Positions 39,711 through 49,178 of a DNA stretch of 49,178 bases are shown here, piece after piece; position 1 is the stretch's first letter, and every line of letters starts with the position of its first letter. Origin of the DNA: Aulosira sp. ZfuVER01 (GTDB lineage Bacteria > Cyanobacteriota > Cyanobacteriia > Cyanobacteriales > Nostocaceae). A program made the position numbers and the translations under genes. The DNA is taken from the NCBI GenBank assembly GCA_034530615.2, contig JAVRCV020000081.1, forward strand, positions 1 to 49,178. Reading direction: 5' to 3'. A model generated the notes under the pieces. It was not told the DNA's origin, made no database searches, and worked only from the letters and a program-made list of their open reading frames with translations.

Positions 39711-40325
39711 ATGACTTATTCTACTGAAACTCACAATCAATCAGATATTTGGGCAGCTACTGCTGATTTGTCCACCCTACGCTACAAGTTACTAGATTTA
39801 TTTTGTCAACTCGCTTATCAAGAGGGTGATTTTGTCCTTTCTTCTGGGTTACGTAGCTCTTATTACGTTAACAAGACACAGGTAACACTACATCCCCAAG
39901 GCGCTTTAGCTGTAGGACGTTTACTCTTTCCCCTGTTACCTACTGATACCCAAGCGGTAGCTGGTTTAACTCTAGGTGCTGACCCAATTGTGACCGCAGT
40001 CAGCGTAGTTTCTGTGTATGAAAATCAACCGATTCCAGCGCTAATTATTCGCAAAGAAGCCAAAGGTTATGGAACCAGGGCTTATATTGAAGGGCCTAGT
40101 TTGCCCGAAGGTGCAAAAGTCGTAGTTTTGGAAGATGTCGTCACTACTGGTCAATCTGCTCTCAAAGCAGTTAACCGTCTACAAGAAGCAGGTTATACCG
40201 TAGATCGAGTAATTGCACTAGTAGACCGTTTGCAAGGAGGCGCAGAGTTATATCAGTCGGCAGGATTAAAGTTTGAAGCTTTATTTTCGATTGAGGAAAT
40301 TCAAAAGCGGTATCGAGAATTATGA
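39711..40325 (+). CDS. pyrE: Orotate phosphoribosyltransferase
   Basis: GDFVLSSG..SYY, IRKEAKGYG and PRPP-binding VVVLEDVVTTGQS. Confidence 0.96.
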   Translation: MTYSTETHNQSDIWAATADLSTLRYKLLDLFCQLAYQEGDFVLSSGLRSSYYVNKTQVTLHPQGALAVGRLLFPLLPTDTQAVAGLTLGADPIVTAVSVVSVYENQPIPALIIRKEAKGYGTRAYIEGPSLPEGAKVVVLEDVVTTGQSALKAVNRLQEAGYTVDRVIALVDRLQGGAELYQSAGLKFEALFSIEEIQKRYREL

Positions 40326-40347
40326 AAATAGTTGGGTAATGAAGGAT

Positions 40348-40424
40348 GCGTACACCGAAGGGGTTGCCGTACTCCTACGGAGAAGCAAGCTACGCGCAGC
40401 GTCTCTGATAGGAGAAGGCATCGC
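40348..40424. repeat. Nested SDR5-like insertion in a split HIP1
   Basis: GCG|69 nt of GC-rich SDR-like sequence (CTCCTACGGAGAAG, GCTACGC, GCGTCTC..GGAGA)|ATCGC. Confidence 0.55.
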
Positions 40425-40658
40425 AAAATGGCTTTGTTGACGACTTCCCAATCAAGTTTGCGATCGCGTTTTTACATATCCCAAATACTACTAGTAGTAA
40501 TATGAACAGCTAAAACAACTTGAGACGGTTTTAGCGTTTTTTGCTACGTTTGTATTAGAAAGCGCCCTAGTTGAAGAAATCATCAGCCCCTTAACTGTAT
40601 ATGCTGAAAACATAGGCAACCCTTTGTCAGCGGATGTCTTCACTCATTTATTGGTGAT

Positions 40659-41804
40659 ATGCAAATATATCTAGATTACAGTGCTACTACTCCCACCCGC
40701 CAAGAAGCGATCGCAGCTATGCAAAAAGTTCTCGCTCAACAGTGGGGTAATCCTTCCAGCTTACATGAGTGGGGACAACGGGCAGCAACGATTTTAGAAG
40801 TAGCCAGAATCCAAGTAGCAGGATTAATTAACGCCTCCAATCCAGAGTCGATAATTTTTACTTCGGGTGGAACTGAGGCTGATAATTTAGCGTTAATGGG
40901 TGTGGCTCGGTTGTATAATGTGCCACAACACATCATTATTTCTAGTGTTGAGCATTCAGCAATTACAGAAACTGCGCGTTTGCTGGAAATGTGGGGTTGG
41001 GAAGTCACTCGTCTAGCGGTAGATGGTAAAGGTAGAGTCAATCCTTCAGATTTACAAGCGGCTTTACGAGATAATACAGTTTTGGTGTCTGTGATTTACG
41101 GTCAAAGTGAAGTCGGAACTGTACAAGCGATCGCAGAACTGGGAAATATTGCCCGCGAGCATGGGGTATTATTTCACACAGATGCAGTACAAGCTGTCGG
41201 ACGCTTACCCATTAACGTAGAATTACTGCCTGTAGATTTACTGAGCCTTTCTAGTCATAAAATATATGGTCCGCAAGGTGCAGGGGCATTGTATGTGCGT
41301 CCGGGTGTAGAGTTAGTACCTTTATTTGGTGGTGGTGGACAAGAAACGGGTCTACGTTCTGGTACTCAAGCGACCCCTGTAATTGCTGGTTTTGGTGTAG
41401 CCGCTGAACTCGCCGCTGCAGAAATGGCTACAGAAACACCACGTCTAATTCAATTACGCGATCGCTTATTTGCTCAGTTGGCGAATATTCCTGGTTTAAT
41501 TCCCACAGGCGATCCTGAGCATCGCTTGCCTCATCATATTAGTTTTTGCTTGGAATACGCCGATGGCCAAAAACTTAGCGGTAAAACTTTAGTAAGGCAA
41601 TTAAATTTGGCAGGGATTGGGATTAGTGCTGGCGCAGCTTGTCATAGTGGTAAACTTAGCCCTAGTCCGATATTGCTAGCAATGGGCTATTCGGAACAAG
41701 CCGCCTTGGGTGGCATTCGCATGACATTAGGGCGGGAAACAACTGAAGCTGATTTAGATTGGACAGCGATTGTCTTCAAACAGGTTTTGCAGAGGATAAC
41801 ATGA
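40659..41804 (+). CDS. Cysteine desulfurase (IscS/NifS class I)
   Basis: YLDYSATT, FTSGGTEADN, HTDAVQ, SSHKIYGPQG, RSGT and SAGAACHS motifs. Confidence 0.93.
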   Translation: MQIYLDYSATTPTRQEAIAAMQKVLAQQWGNPSSLHEWGQRAATILEVARIQVAGLINASNPESIIFTSGGTEADNLALMGVARLYNVPQHIIISSVEHSAITETARLLEMWGWEVTRLAVDGKGRVNPSDLQAALRDNTVLVSVIYGQSEVGTVQAIAELGNIAREHGVLFHTDAVQAVGRLPINVELLPVDLLSLSSHKIYGPQGAGALYVRPGVELVPLFGGGGQETGLRSGTQATPVIAGFGVAAELAAAEMATETPRLIQLRDRLFAQLANIPGLIPTGDPEHRLPHHISFCLEYADGQKLSGKTLVRQLNLAGIGISAGAACHSGKLSPSPILLAMGYSEQAALGGIRMTLGRETTEADLDWTAIVFKQVLQRIT

Positions 41805-41817
41805 GATAGCGATCGCA

Positions 41818-42105
41818 CTATGGCTGCTGAATGCGATCGCCGACCTTTTCTTCACTCTCTATCAAGGACACACCATTTTTCCACAGATCATACTCGCTAA
41901 GATCAATATCCTCATTCCACACAATCCCATAGCCTCCAGGCTCGACCTGAAAGTTCTTAAAAAAAGCAGGTTGTCGAAGTGGAGAAAACATTGGTGTATC
42001 TAAGAGATGACGGACATCGTATTTTTTCACATCTTTATTGGTAAATTCAATCACTAGAGTAGTATCATCGATTGCTTCGGCTTGATGAATTCGGGGATAC
42101 TTCAT
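41818..42105 (-). CDS. DUF2442 domain protein (putative antitoxin)
   Basis: LVIEF.N..K.YDV..F..L..FF.NFQVEPGGYGIVWNEDIDLS pattern, downstream of DUF4160. Confidence 0.8.
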   Translation of the reverse strand: MKYPRIHQAEAIDDTTLVIEFTNKDVKKYDVRHLLDTPMFSPLRQPAFFKNFQVEPGGYGIVWNEDIDLSEYDLWKNGVSLIESEEKVGDRIQQP

Positions 42106-42122
42106 ACTGCTCCTACGTAAAT

Positions 42123-42371
42123 TTACTTTAAAGGAGGTAGCTTACAGAACTCCTGGTTATTCCACATTTGCAACAGATCTTGCTGGTATAAAGTTGCCTA
42201 CTCTAGGACTAGCTTTTGTGCCCGATTTGGCAAATCTCCTTCAATTATTTCAAGTGATTCAATACTGACTAAGGCATTGTACTCGCCATAAATTGCATGA
42301 AAATGAGGTGGAGGGTGATCGCCAAAGAACACTTTAATCACAATTCCATAGAACCGTGCAACCTCTGGCAT
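42123..42371 (-). pseudogene. DUF4160 domain protein (putative toxin) with premature stop
   Basis: MPEVARFYGIVI..DHPPPHFHA..G.LP..LVLE*(TAG 42198-42200, a Trp position in the family)ATLYQQDLLQMWNNQEFCKLPPLK*. Confidence 0.8.
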
Positions 42372-42516
42372 AAAGATATTGAACAAATACTTAACGCCCT
42401 TATTCTATCAAAATGCGATCATTTCAGTTGAGATGCGATCGCATACCAAATTTACTTTGTGTCTCTGTGGTTAAGATTTTTTACCACAGAGAAACTAAGA
42501 CACAAAGAGAAGAAAT

Positions 42517-43878
42517 TTACACAGCAATTTCTTGTAAAGCGTGCAAGACTCGCTCAATTTCCTCGACTGTATTGTAGTGTGTCAGTCCAATTCGCACTAA
42601 ACCACCAGTAGCTTCTACACCTAACTTTTCAGTCAAACCGATCGCATAAAAATGACCATGCCATGAAAATATATCGCGATCGCCTAATGCTTTGGCAATA
42701 CTTTCTGGGCTTTGTCCTGCTAGCCTAAATGCAACTGTTGGTGTTCGCGAAGTAAAGCGTTGGGAGTTAGAGATGCCATACAAACTTAAACCAGGAATCG
42801 CCAACAATCCAGGAATAAGTTTGTGGCTTAATTCTCTTTCGTATTGTTGAATTGCTGACATTGCTGCTACAAGCGCTGCACGGCGGCTGTGATAAGCAGA
42901 TGCGATTGAAGGTGTTGGTTGTTCTGGTGAGGTAAGAAAACTGGGACAGTGGAATTTCTCTAAGCCTTCCTTGTCGGCTTCGATTAAAGCAGAAATTAAC
43001 TCGTTATCAACCGAAGGTGATACATGACAACCAAGTTTTGTCAAGTAGTTAATCGCTGCCACCAATCCAGCTAAACCTTCAAAATTTAAAGTTCCTGTTT
43101 CCCAACGCGCTGGGACATCATCAGGAGCAGGTCTAACTTTATATGGAGTTAACCGAGCTAGATGTTCTCGCTTGCCATACAAAATCCCAACGTGGGGGCC
43201 AAAGAATTTGTAAGCGGAACAGGCCAGAAAATCACAACCTAGCGTGTGGACGTTAATGGGAGCGTGGGGTACGTAATGGACTGCATCAACAAACACCAAA
43301 GCACCAACAGCATGAGCGAGGCGTACTACAGTTGCTACATCGTTGATTGTCCCTACAGCGTTAGAAGCATAGCCAATTGCTACTAACTTTGTGCGTGGAT
43401 TAATTTGCTGTTCCAGTTCACCCATATCTAAGGTGCAGTCTTCGGTGTTGAAATCCACAACTCTGACAATTACACCCTTTTCCTCTAATGCATACCAAGG
43501 GGAAACATTGGCGTAATGGTCGAGCCGTGTCACAACAATTTCATCACCTGCTTGCAGTTCCCGACCAATAGCGCGACTCAAGCTGAAGGTAAGGGTGGTC
43601 ATGTTAGCCCCGAATACCACTTCATCACTGTGGCATCCGAGCAAATCGGCGCTGGCAGCACGAGCAGCTGTAATCAGTGCATCTGTACGGGCACTTGTCG
43701 CAAAAGCTCCGTGAGAATTGGCATTTGACCTCACCAAATAGTCGCTGATGGCATCGAGTACGGCTCCTGGTATCTGAGTACCACCAGGGCCATCACAAAA
43801 AATTACAGGTTCACCGTTGATTTTTTGTGTGAGTGCGGGAAACTGGGCACGTATCCATTTCAAGTCAAGGTGCTGCAT
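42517..43878 (-). CDS. Cysteine desulfurase-like class V aminotransferase (VC1184-type)
   Basis: IRAQFPAL, DGPGGTQ, DHYANV, DAVHYVPH, CSAYKFFGPH and WETGT. Likely ATG at 43878 after GGAG. Confidence 0.88.
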   Translation of the reverse strand: MQHLDLKWIRAQFPALTQKINGEPVIFCDGPGGTQIPGAVLDAISDYLVRSNANSHGAFATSARTDALITAARAASADLLGCHSDEVVFGANMTTLTFSLSRAIGRELQAGDEIVVTRLDHYANVSPWYALEEKGVIVRVVDFNTEDCTLDMGELEQQINPRTKLVAIGYASNAVGTINDVATVVRLAHAVGALVFVDAVHYVPHAPINVHTLGCDFLACSAYKFFGPHVGILYGKREHLARLTPYKVRPAPDDVPARWETGTLNFEGLAGLVAAINYLTKLGCHVSPSVDNELISALIEADKEGLEKFHCPSFLTSPEQPTPSIASAYHSRRAALVAAMSAIQQYERELSHKLIPGLLAIPGLSLYGISNSQRFTSRTPTVAFRLAGQSPESIAKALGDRDIFSWHGHFYAIGLTEKLGVEATGGLVRIGLTHYNTVEEIERVLHALQEIAV

Positions 43879-44150
43879 AATCATCTCCTGGGTTGATAGT
43901 CGAATGGCGCTCAGATGATCCGACACAGGGAGGCTACCTAAACTTTTAATTCGTAGCATTTTTAAACGTAGAGGAACACGGAGCTAAGCGCAAAGGAGCG
44001 CAGAGTTGTTCTTAATTTAATTGGTTACGAATTTGTGAAGTTTTGTACTTAGTGCCATTCGTTGATAGTGTCTTACTTAACTGTGAAAACAATGCCATTT
44101 CATAGGTAAGTTATGCTGCACAAGGTAACACAAAAATTTTGTGATTACAC

Positions 44151-45077
44151 TTACGGTTGCCTTGGTACAGCTACACTTTTCAGGATGTTCATTGGCCCTT
44201 GGTCTTTGAGGATTTGCATTTGTTGCTGATTTCGTACTAGTAAAGCACCTGCAAAGCCTAATGAGTTCACAGAAATTCCCTGGAATTCTTCTTGCGATCG
44301 CGGTACGATTAACATCCATTCGCGGGTAGCTAAAAGATTGTAAGCACCAGATTGTCTATTACCGTCAATTGCGGTGATACCTACAGCATTTAGTAAGGTG
44401 TTGTAGAGTTCTAGGGTAGTTTTTGCTGCTGTGAGTGGCGATTCTGCTAAATTGGGATCTAAGGATGCGAAAGCGTGTGTAAAAGGTAACTCTGGAATAG
44501 TTGCCACCGCAGGCATCGCACCTGGAAATTTTGCTGTTGCCAACAAAGGCTCAATGGGTATTGCTGGATCTGAGGTTGTCAGGGGTAATGGTACAACCTG
44601 CAAATGCTTGTGTCGCTGACTCGCACCTGCAACTTGACCACCGTTGTAAAATGCTAAACCGTTAGATTCTGCCAAACAAGCCCACATGGCAGCAAAATCT
44701 TCTAAGGTAAGTAAGCTTTCCTGTTCCTCAAAGGCACGAGTGATAATCAACAGGTGATAGTCAACAACGTTGAATTTATTTAAGAGACAGACATGAGTCT
44801 CAGAAATATCTGCTACAAATAAATCCTCTTCATAGGGTAAAAAAGGATTAAAATCCTTGCCAGATACAGCAGTTTGTTGAGTTTGTTTTTGCTTGGCTGC
44901 ATCCTTGCGCACAAGATTAGACAAAATCCTCACCAAAAACTTCACACCATCTTGCTCAACAAACTCAAACTCCGTCGGTATCGTCAGCAACGCTCCGCAT
45001 TTCCAAGCGGATTCAGTACGTTCTATGACACTTTTCCATAACGTCCCAGGTTGCAACAATATTTTTCCTTGTGTCAT
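44151..45077 (-). CDS. ATP adenylyltransferase / Ap4A phosphorylase II family
   Basis: FNPFLPYE, LLNKFNV..HLLIIT and FYNGG..AGASQRHKHLQ (HxHxQ), plus SVNSLGFAG. Confidence 0.9.
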   Translation of the reverse strand: MTQGKILLQPGTLWKSVIERTESAWKCGALLTIPTEFEFVEQDGVKFLVRILSNLVRKDAAKQKQTQQTAVSGKDFNPFLPYEEDLFVADISETHVCLLNKFNVVDYHLLIITRAFEEQESLLTLEDFAAMWACLAESNGLAFYNGGQVAGASQRHKHLQVVPLPLTTSDPAIPIEPLLATAKFPGAMPAVATIPELPFTHAFASLDPNLAESPLTAAKTTLELYNTLLNAVGITAIDGNRQSGAYNLLATREWMLIVPRSQEEFQGISVNSLGFAGALLVRNQQQMQILKDQGPMNILKSVAVPRQP

Positions 45078-45602
45078 TTCTTTTCCTTCAGGCTCGGTGA
45101 AATATTTTAGCAGGAAGCGTAATTTTCCTCAGCCATACGCACTTTCCTACCAATGACAGATTTACTGAGCCTGAAGATTGCCTGGAATGTTTCTTGAAAA
45201 ACTTTTTGTGTATAAATCTACCGAATGTCGTATTTCATGTTAACCAAATAATGGTAGCGTTCAATATCTGGAAACTATAAATCAATGCTTGGCAAGTGCT
45301 GGAGTATCACTGCCAAGATGATAAATAAATTAGACAAACTTTTTGTGACGAACGTTTTGTCCTTACGAAGGAGCTACGCTAACGTCAATGATGTTGAGAT
45401 GGAATTATATGTAACGCCGCCAGCAGACAGTGTAGGCTTGGGGTTTGATCTACAGAAGCCTTGGCACATTTTTTTGTTTCAACTTGTAGCTTAGGAAGTT
45501 AATCAACAATCCCAAGTTAGTCCTTCACGCCAGGTTTTGGCGCAACCAAGCATGGCAATGAATTTCCCATGCCCCATGCCCCATGCCCTATTTTCTAGTT
45601 AG

Positions 45603-45770
45603 TTAGGTCTGCTTGAGAAGATGCTTGATCATATTGTCTTTGACCATTAACTGTCGCAGCACCTCTAAGAGCAATTTTTGAGATTCTTCTGGGTTTAATC
45701 CCTTAATTTGCTCTTCATAAAGTTTGAGGTTGAATTTCTGCTCTAAGTTAAGCTCCATCGGGATATCCAT
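45603..45770 (-). CDS. nblA: Phycobilisome degradation protein NblA (55 aa, absent from the ORF track)
   Basis: Translated by hand: MDIPMELNLEQKFNLKLYEEQIKGLNPEESQKLLLEVLRQLMVKDNMIKHLLKQT. It carries the L.LEQ.F and QLM.KDN NblA signatures. GGAG upstream. Confidence 0.9.
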   Translation of the reverse strand: MDIPMELNLEQKFNLKLYEEQIKGLNPEESQKLLLEVLRQLMVKDNMIKHLLKQT

Positions 45771-46055
45771 AGTTTTTACTCTCCAGTGTTTCGGAAGATT
45801 AAGGTTTATCCTATAGAATTAAGGTTAACAAAAGTTACACCTGCTTGACAAGTGGACAGTTTTAGACGATAGCGAATAAACGTAGATGATGCTAAACTGT
45901 GATGCACTGAAACTTAGTCATTGGTCAATTGTGTTGATATAGATGGGCTAGCAGTGACCCAGCATGGAAATATTGAAGTTAGGATTGCGCTTGCAGTTTT
46001 ATAATTGATCGGGATTGGGTTTCTCAACTTGTTGTTTGGAGTTAGCTTTTAGTTT

Positions 46056-46688
46056 ATGGATGCAATGGAGTTTTTTGAACTATCTACTGGTAGATGGCGA
46101 TCGCAACGAACGACACATCATCTGGCCTTCAAACGATCTGAAGCCGGGGAATCGGATATTCAAGTTCAAGCTCTTGCTGCCGATAATCCTCAAGTGATTG
46201 AGATCTGCCAACTCCATGAGGTAGACCCCAAGTTAGCTATCGGTGGTGCTTTTGTCTCTTGGCAAGGAGCTATGGGATGGGATAGAGAAGAGGAAAACCA
46301 TGAAGGTTCCACGGTTTTTTCCCTGATTCCCGATGCCGATAACCCCCGCCAAGGATCGTTGCTGCGAGAACGGGGCTATGCCGAAATTGTACCGGTGGCA
46401 GGACGCTATCACATGGATGATGAGAATGCGTTAGTTCTGACGACCGAGTATGAAACAATGAGTTCGATTGAGAGATTTTGGTTTGTCAGTCCTAGCATCC
46501 GGATGCGAACTAGTACAGTCAAAAGATTTGGTGGTTTTAGCACTGCTACCTTTTGTACCGAATTTCGGATTGCAGACGCTTCAGAGGTTGCTTCTAACCT
46601 AGATGAGGCTAACCTCTCAAAGCTGACTCCTGACCAGATTCAAAATGCGGCTAAATCCACAAAATACTTCTCTTTCTTTGGTTGGTAA
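46056..46688 (+). CDS. CpcS/CpeS-family phycobiliprotein lyase
   Basis: FFELSTGRWRSQRTTHHL, LLRERGYAE, ERFWF..RMR and FCTEFR motifs. Confidence 0.9.
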   Translation: MDAMEFFELSTGRWRSQRTTHHLAFKRSEAGESDIQVQALAADNPQVIEICQLHEVDPKLAIGGAFVSWQGAMGWDREEENHEGSTVFSLIPDADNPRQGSLLRERGYAEIVPVAGRYHMDDENALVLTTEYETMSSIERFWFVSPSIRMRTSTVKRFGGFSTATFCTEFRIADASEVASNLDEANLSKLTPDQIQNAAKSTKYFSFFGW

Positions 46689-47229
46689 ATTAATCGTCAC
46701 CACCAGTACCGATCCATTGACGCGAGGGTTAGACTACCTCTATGGAGTGCGCAGTCTAGCCCTCGACCCAGAGATGATTGATGTGGTTTATGACCTAGAT
46801 AACCGCAAATCTCTCTGTGTATGGATCAGTGAGCATATTGATCGAGTGAATAGACAACTCGAAAACTATCTTCAGGCTTGCCACGATTGTTTTCACCCTT
46901 GGGAACAACCTGCGATTCAAATTTGTGCAGCTCCCATAGCTCAGTCTTTTGGGATTGATGCTCTGTGCAATCTTCAAACAAATCCAATTACTATCCTGAT
47001 TGATGTGGGACGAGTCGTGCCAACAGACTGGCTGCTATTAGTAGTCCACGAATATGCTCATGCTCATGCAGGTGTTCCAGGACACCACGAACAATTTGCG
47101 CGATCGCTTTCTCACCTTTGCTTGGGATTGGGAATTGCACCCCCGGAATCTGTTATAGAATCTCACCTGCGATATTATCCTGATTGCCTTCCCACTCAGA
47201 ACCCATTAGCGTTTTGGCGAGGGGAATAA
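46645..47229 (+). CDS. Hypothetical SprT-like HEXXH metalloprotein (start uncertain)
   Basis: VVHEYAHAH..GHHEQF motif. The ORF start overlaps the lyase, so the true start may be later. Confidence 0.6.
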   Translation: MRLNPQNTSLSLVGKLIVTTSTDPLTRGLDYLYGVRSLALDPEMIDVVYDLDNRKSLCVWISEHIDRVNRQLENYLQACHDCFHPWEQPAIQICAAPIAQSFGIDALCNLQTNPITILIDVGRVVPTDWLLLVVHEYAHAHAGVPGHHEQFARSLSHLCLGLGIAPPESVIESHLRYYPDCLPTQNPLAFWRGE

Positions 47230-47332
47230 GCCGGACTGGCAATAAAATGTTAGAAATTACTAGTTTTTTTAGAAAATCAATAAGTGAATTACCTACACAG
47301 GCTAATTCTAAATTTTGAGATTCTAGATCATT

Positions 47333-47998
47333 TTAGAGAGAGATTTTCTTACTCATCTCTTTGATGAAACTTTGATAAAAATGATGATGTGACCCTTCGT
47401 AGTTATCTGCACCAATCCATGTTAGATATCCTTTTTTGCCTGTATGTGGATTAGGCACATAGCTATCAATTGATACTTTTCTGCTGGCTGGATTTTCAGA
47501 CCAACTGATGTTAAAAGCAGCGTATCTGGGAAAAAACGTCATACTACTGTAAGCATCTATACGATCGTGAATCCACCAAGCTAAAGCCGTCCAGTCCTCA
47601 GTGCGCTGATAATAATCGATAAATGAGTTCACAATAATACAAGCCGTAGCTCCCATGTAACCATCAGCGTTCCGCACATCCCATATATGACCTGCATAGT
47701 TAGACTCGTTTTTTGCACAGTTGTATTGGTTTTTGTTTTCTGCGCCTTTAGCATTGACAGCACAAGAACGAAATGCTGAACGAATACTGATTCTGCCCAA
47801 AGCATTTTGAATCGGCTCAAGTACTTCTTCACAAAGACCATGACCTGCTTCAATAGCTAAATTTGGGTCATCAGGTATATTGGGGATACCTTCAATTTGA
47901 GAAATCTCAGAATACAAGAAATCTCGCATGAAGAAGTTTTGAGAGAGCCTGACACGTCCTAATTCTTCTAATGCCTTTACAGTCTTTGGTTTTCTCAT
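47333..47998 (-). CDS. Peptidase M15-like protein
   Basis: RLSQNFFMRDFL.S, N.P, LEPIQ..G.I.IRSAFRS..VN pattern of M15A. Likely ATG at 47998. Confidence 0.65.
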   Translation of the reverse strand: MRKPKTVKALEELGRVRLSQNFFMRDFLYSEISQIEGIPNIPDDPNLAIEAGHGLCEEVLEPIQNALGRISIRSAFRSCAVNAKGAENKNQYNCAKNESNYAGHIWDVRNADGYMGATACIIVNSFIDYYQRTEDWTALAWWIHDRIDAYSSMTFFPRYAAFNISWSENPASRKVSIDSYVPNPHTGKKGYLTWIGADNYEGSHHHFYQSFIKEMSKKISL

Positions 47999-48420
47999 TT
48001 GACTTTTGCTGTAAGTTAGTAATTCTAAATTATTAAAAGTATTCCCTGAATCTAAACAGGTATAACAAATAAATTTACTTTGATAGCATATAAAAATCGG
48101 CAATTGCATCGAAATAGTTAAGCTAGAGTTGTACTAGATTTTCGGTCTACTGAATTTGTCTTTGTTCCTATGACTTTTGTTATAGGAATATTTTCTTATG
48201 ATTACAACGCAAGTCAGAGAAAATGTATATATTTTGTTGATGATTTATTCAAGACCTTTTTTAGATGTTGATTACTGATGGGAATCCTAAGATAAATATA
48301 TTTCTAAGTAACGAAGCTTAAGTAATTTTTTTTTCGTAGAGTTTGATTAAAAATAGCGCTTTCATCGAATTAAATAGAGCAGCAAAAGCACAATTACACC
48401 ATCACACTTAGGAGAGAATT

Positions 48421-48530
48421 ATGGCATCAGGAATGATGGTCGCAGGTCAATGGATAACCGATCAGAATGAGCAAAATCAAAACGGTGAGTTCCATGCAAT
48501 ACCAACAACATTTCGCGATCGCTTCGGTAA
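48421..48530 (+). pseudogene. 5' fragment of a glutathionyl-hydroquinone reductase (YqjG-like GST) gene
   Basis: AGGAG RBS, then MASGMMVAGQWITDQNEQNQNGEFHAIPTTFRDR (G.M..G.W..G.F...TTFR). The frame breaks at HIP1 / the IS end. Confidence 0.55.
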
Positions 48531-49178
48531 TACCAATTCTTTATGAAGCTGCGCTAAATAATGCTTCAAGGATAAAGTCATAAGAAGTAAGAGAAGCAAT
48601 TATCTCAGGTGTAATTGCTTTGAGGGCATCAGTTAACTTCTGCCGTAGCTGTGCGAGGGTTTTACAATTTTCCCATTGGAGTTTAGATTTGAGAAATTCC
48701 CAAAACCGCTCAATAGGGTTAAGTTCAGGAGAGTGAGGAGGTTGAAAAGTAGGGATAATGTTATCTGGACAATCGAGAGCTTTCGCTTTGTGAAAAGCCC
48801 CTTGGTCGAACTGGATAACCGCGATATCCTTGCCAAGGTCAGCAGAGAGTAACTCCAAAAAGTGTTGGAAACAATCAGCATTAAGGTAGGGGAACTCATA
48901 GAAAAAGCTGTATCCACTTAGGGGTTCTACAACTCCGTATAAATAAAAATTTTCACGTTGCCATTGACTTAAACCCACGGGTTTTACCCCAGGAGCTGTA
49001 ATTAAACGTCCTGTAATTGTCTTTAATCCTAAACGTGTTTCATCTTGACACAAGTACCTCAATCGTTTCCCCTCCCCAAACTCTTCCTGTAAGAATTTGA
49101 ATGCTAAAGGAAGTTTTTTTTAAAGTGAGATAGACTTTCTGGGTGTTGTTTGCTGCTTTGAGGGCGAGGCACTTTTAA
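48531..49178 (-). mobile_element. IS630-family insertion sequence (partial, extends beyond the window)
   Basis: Terminus TA-CCAATTC, DDE transposase and an A8 frameshift site. Confidence 0.88.
48541..49178 (-). CDS. IS630 family transposase (frameshifted, partial)
   Basis: QDETR, FDQGAFH and PPHSPELNPIERFW motifs. Upstream frame LKVPRP..FKK joins via TTTAAAAAAAAC near 49113-49124. Confidence 0.88.

Noticed and set aside
45285..45494. 69-aa ORF
   Set aside because: No recognisable motif, and it includes an SDR-like segment.

Overview
A chromosomal window from a heterocyst-forming cyanobacterium (Nostocales), judged from abundant HIP1 GCGATCGC sites, STRR/SDR repeats, hetF, glnB and nblA. From left to right it holds: a Cys-less asparagine-synthetase-like gene divergent from a 19-aa repeat protein; a CHASE2 Ser/Thr kinase; a DUF4178 / spermidine-synthase-like / FemAB-like / DUF350 operon; a decayed IS4-like element carrying nested short repeats; an atypical histidine kinase; nifJ flanked by MITEs; and hetF. 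Upstream of hetF is a ~1.7 kb tandem array of 13 promoter-sRNA-terminator units that matches the heterocyst sRNA NsiR1 and its DIF1 TCCGGA promoters. Housekeeping genes follow: S8 peptidase, thiD, glnB, rdgB, phosphohexomutase, a chromosomal ParM/ParR-like pair (CorMR-like), dedA, queC, a CBS-domain hemolysin, tRNA-Ile2(CAT), pyrE and two cysteine desulfurases. Between the desulfurases sits a DUF4160/DUF2442 pair with a nonsense mutation. The window ends with an ATP adenylyltransferase, an nblA missed by the ORF track and divergent from a CpcS/CpeS lyase, two metallopeptidase-like genes, and an IS630 element abutting a truncated GST-like gene. All family calls come from motif recognition, not from database searches.
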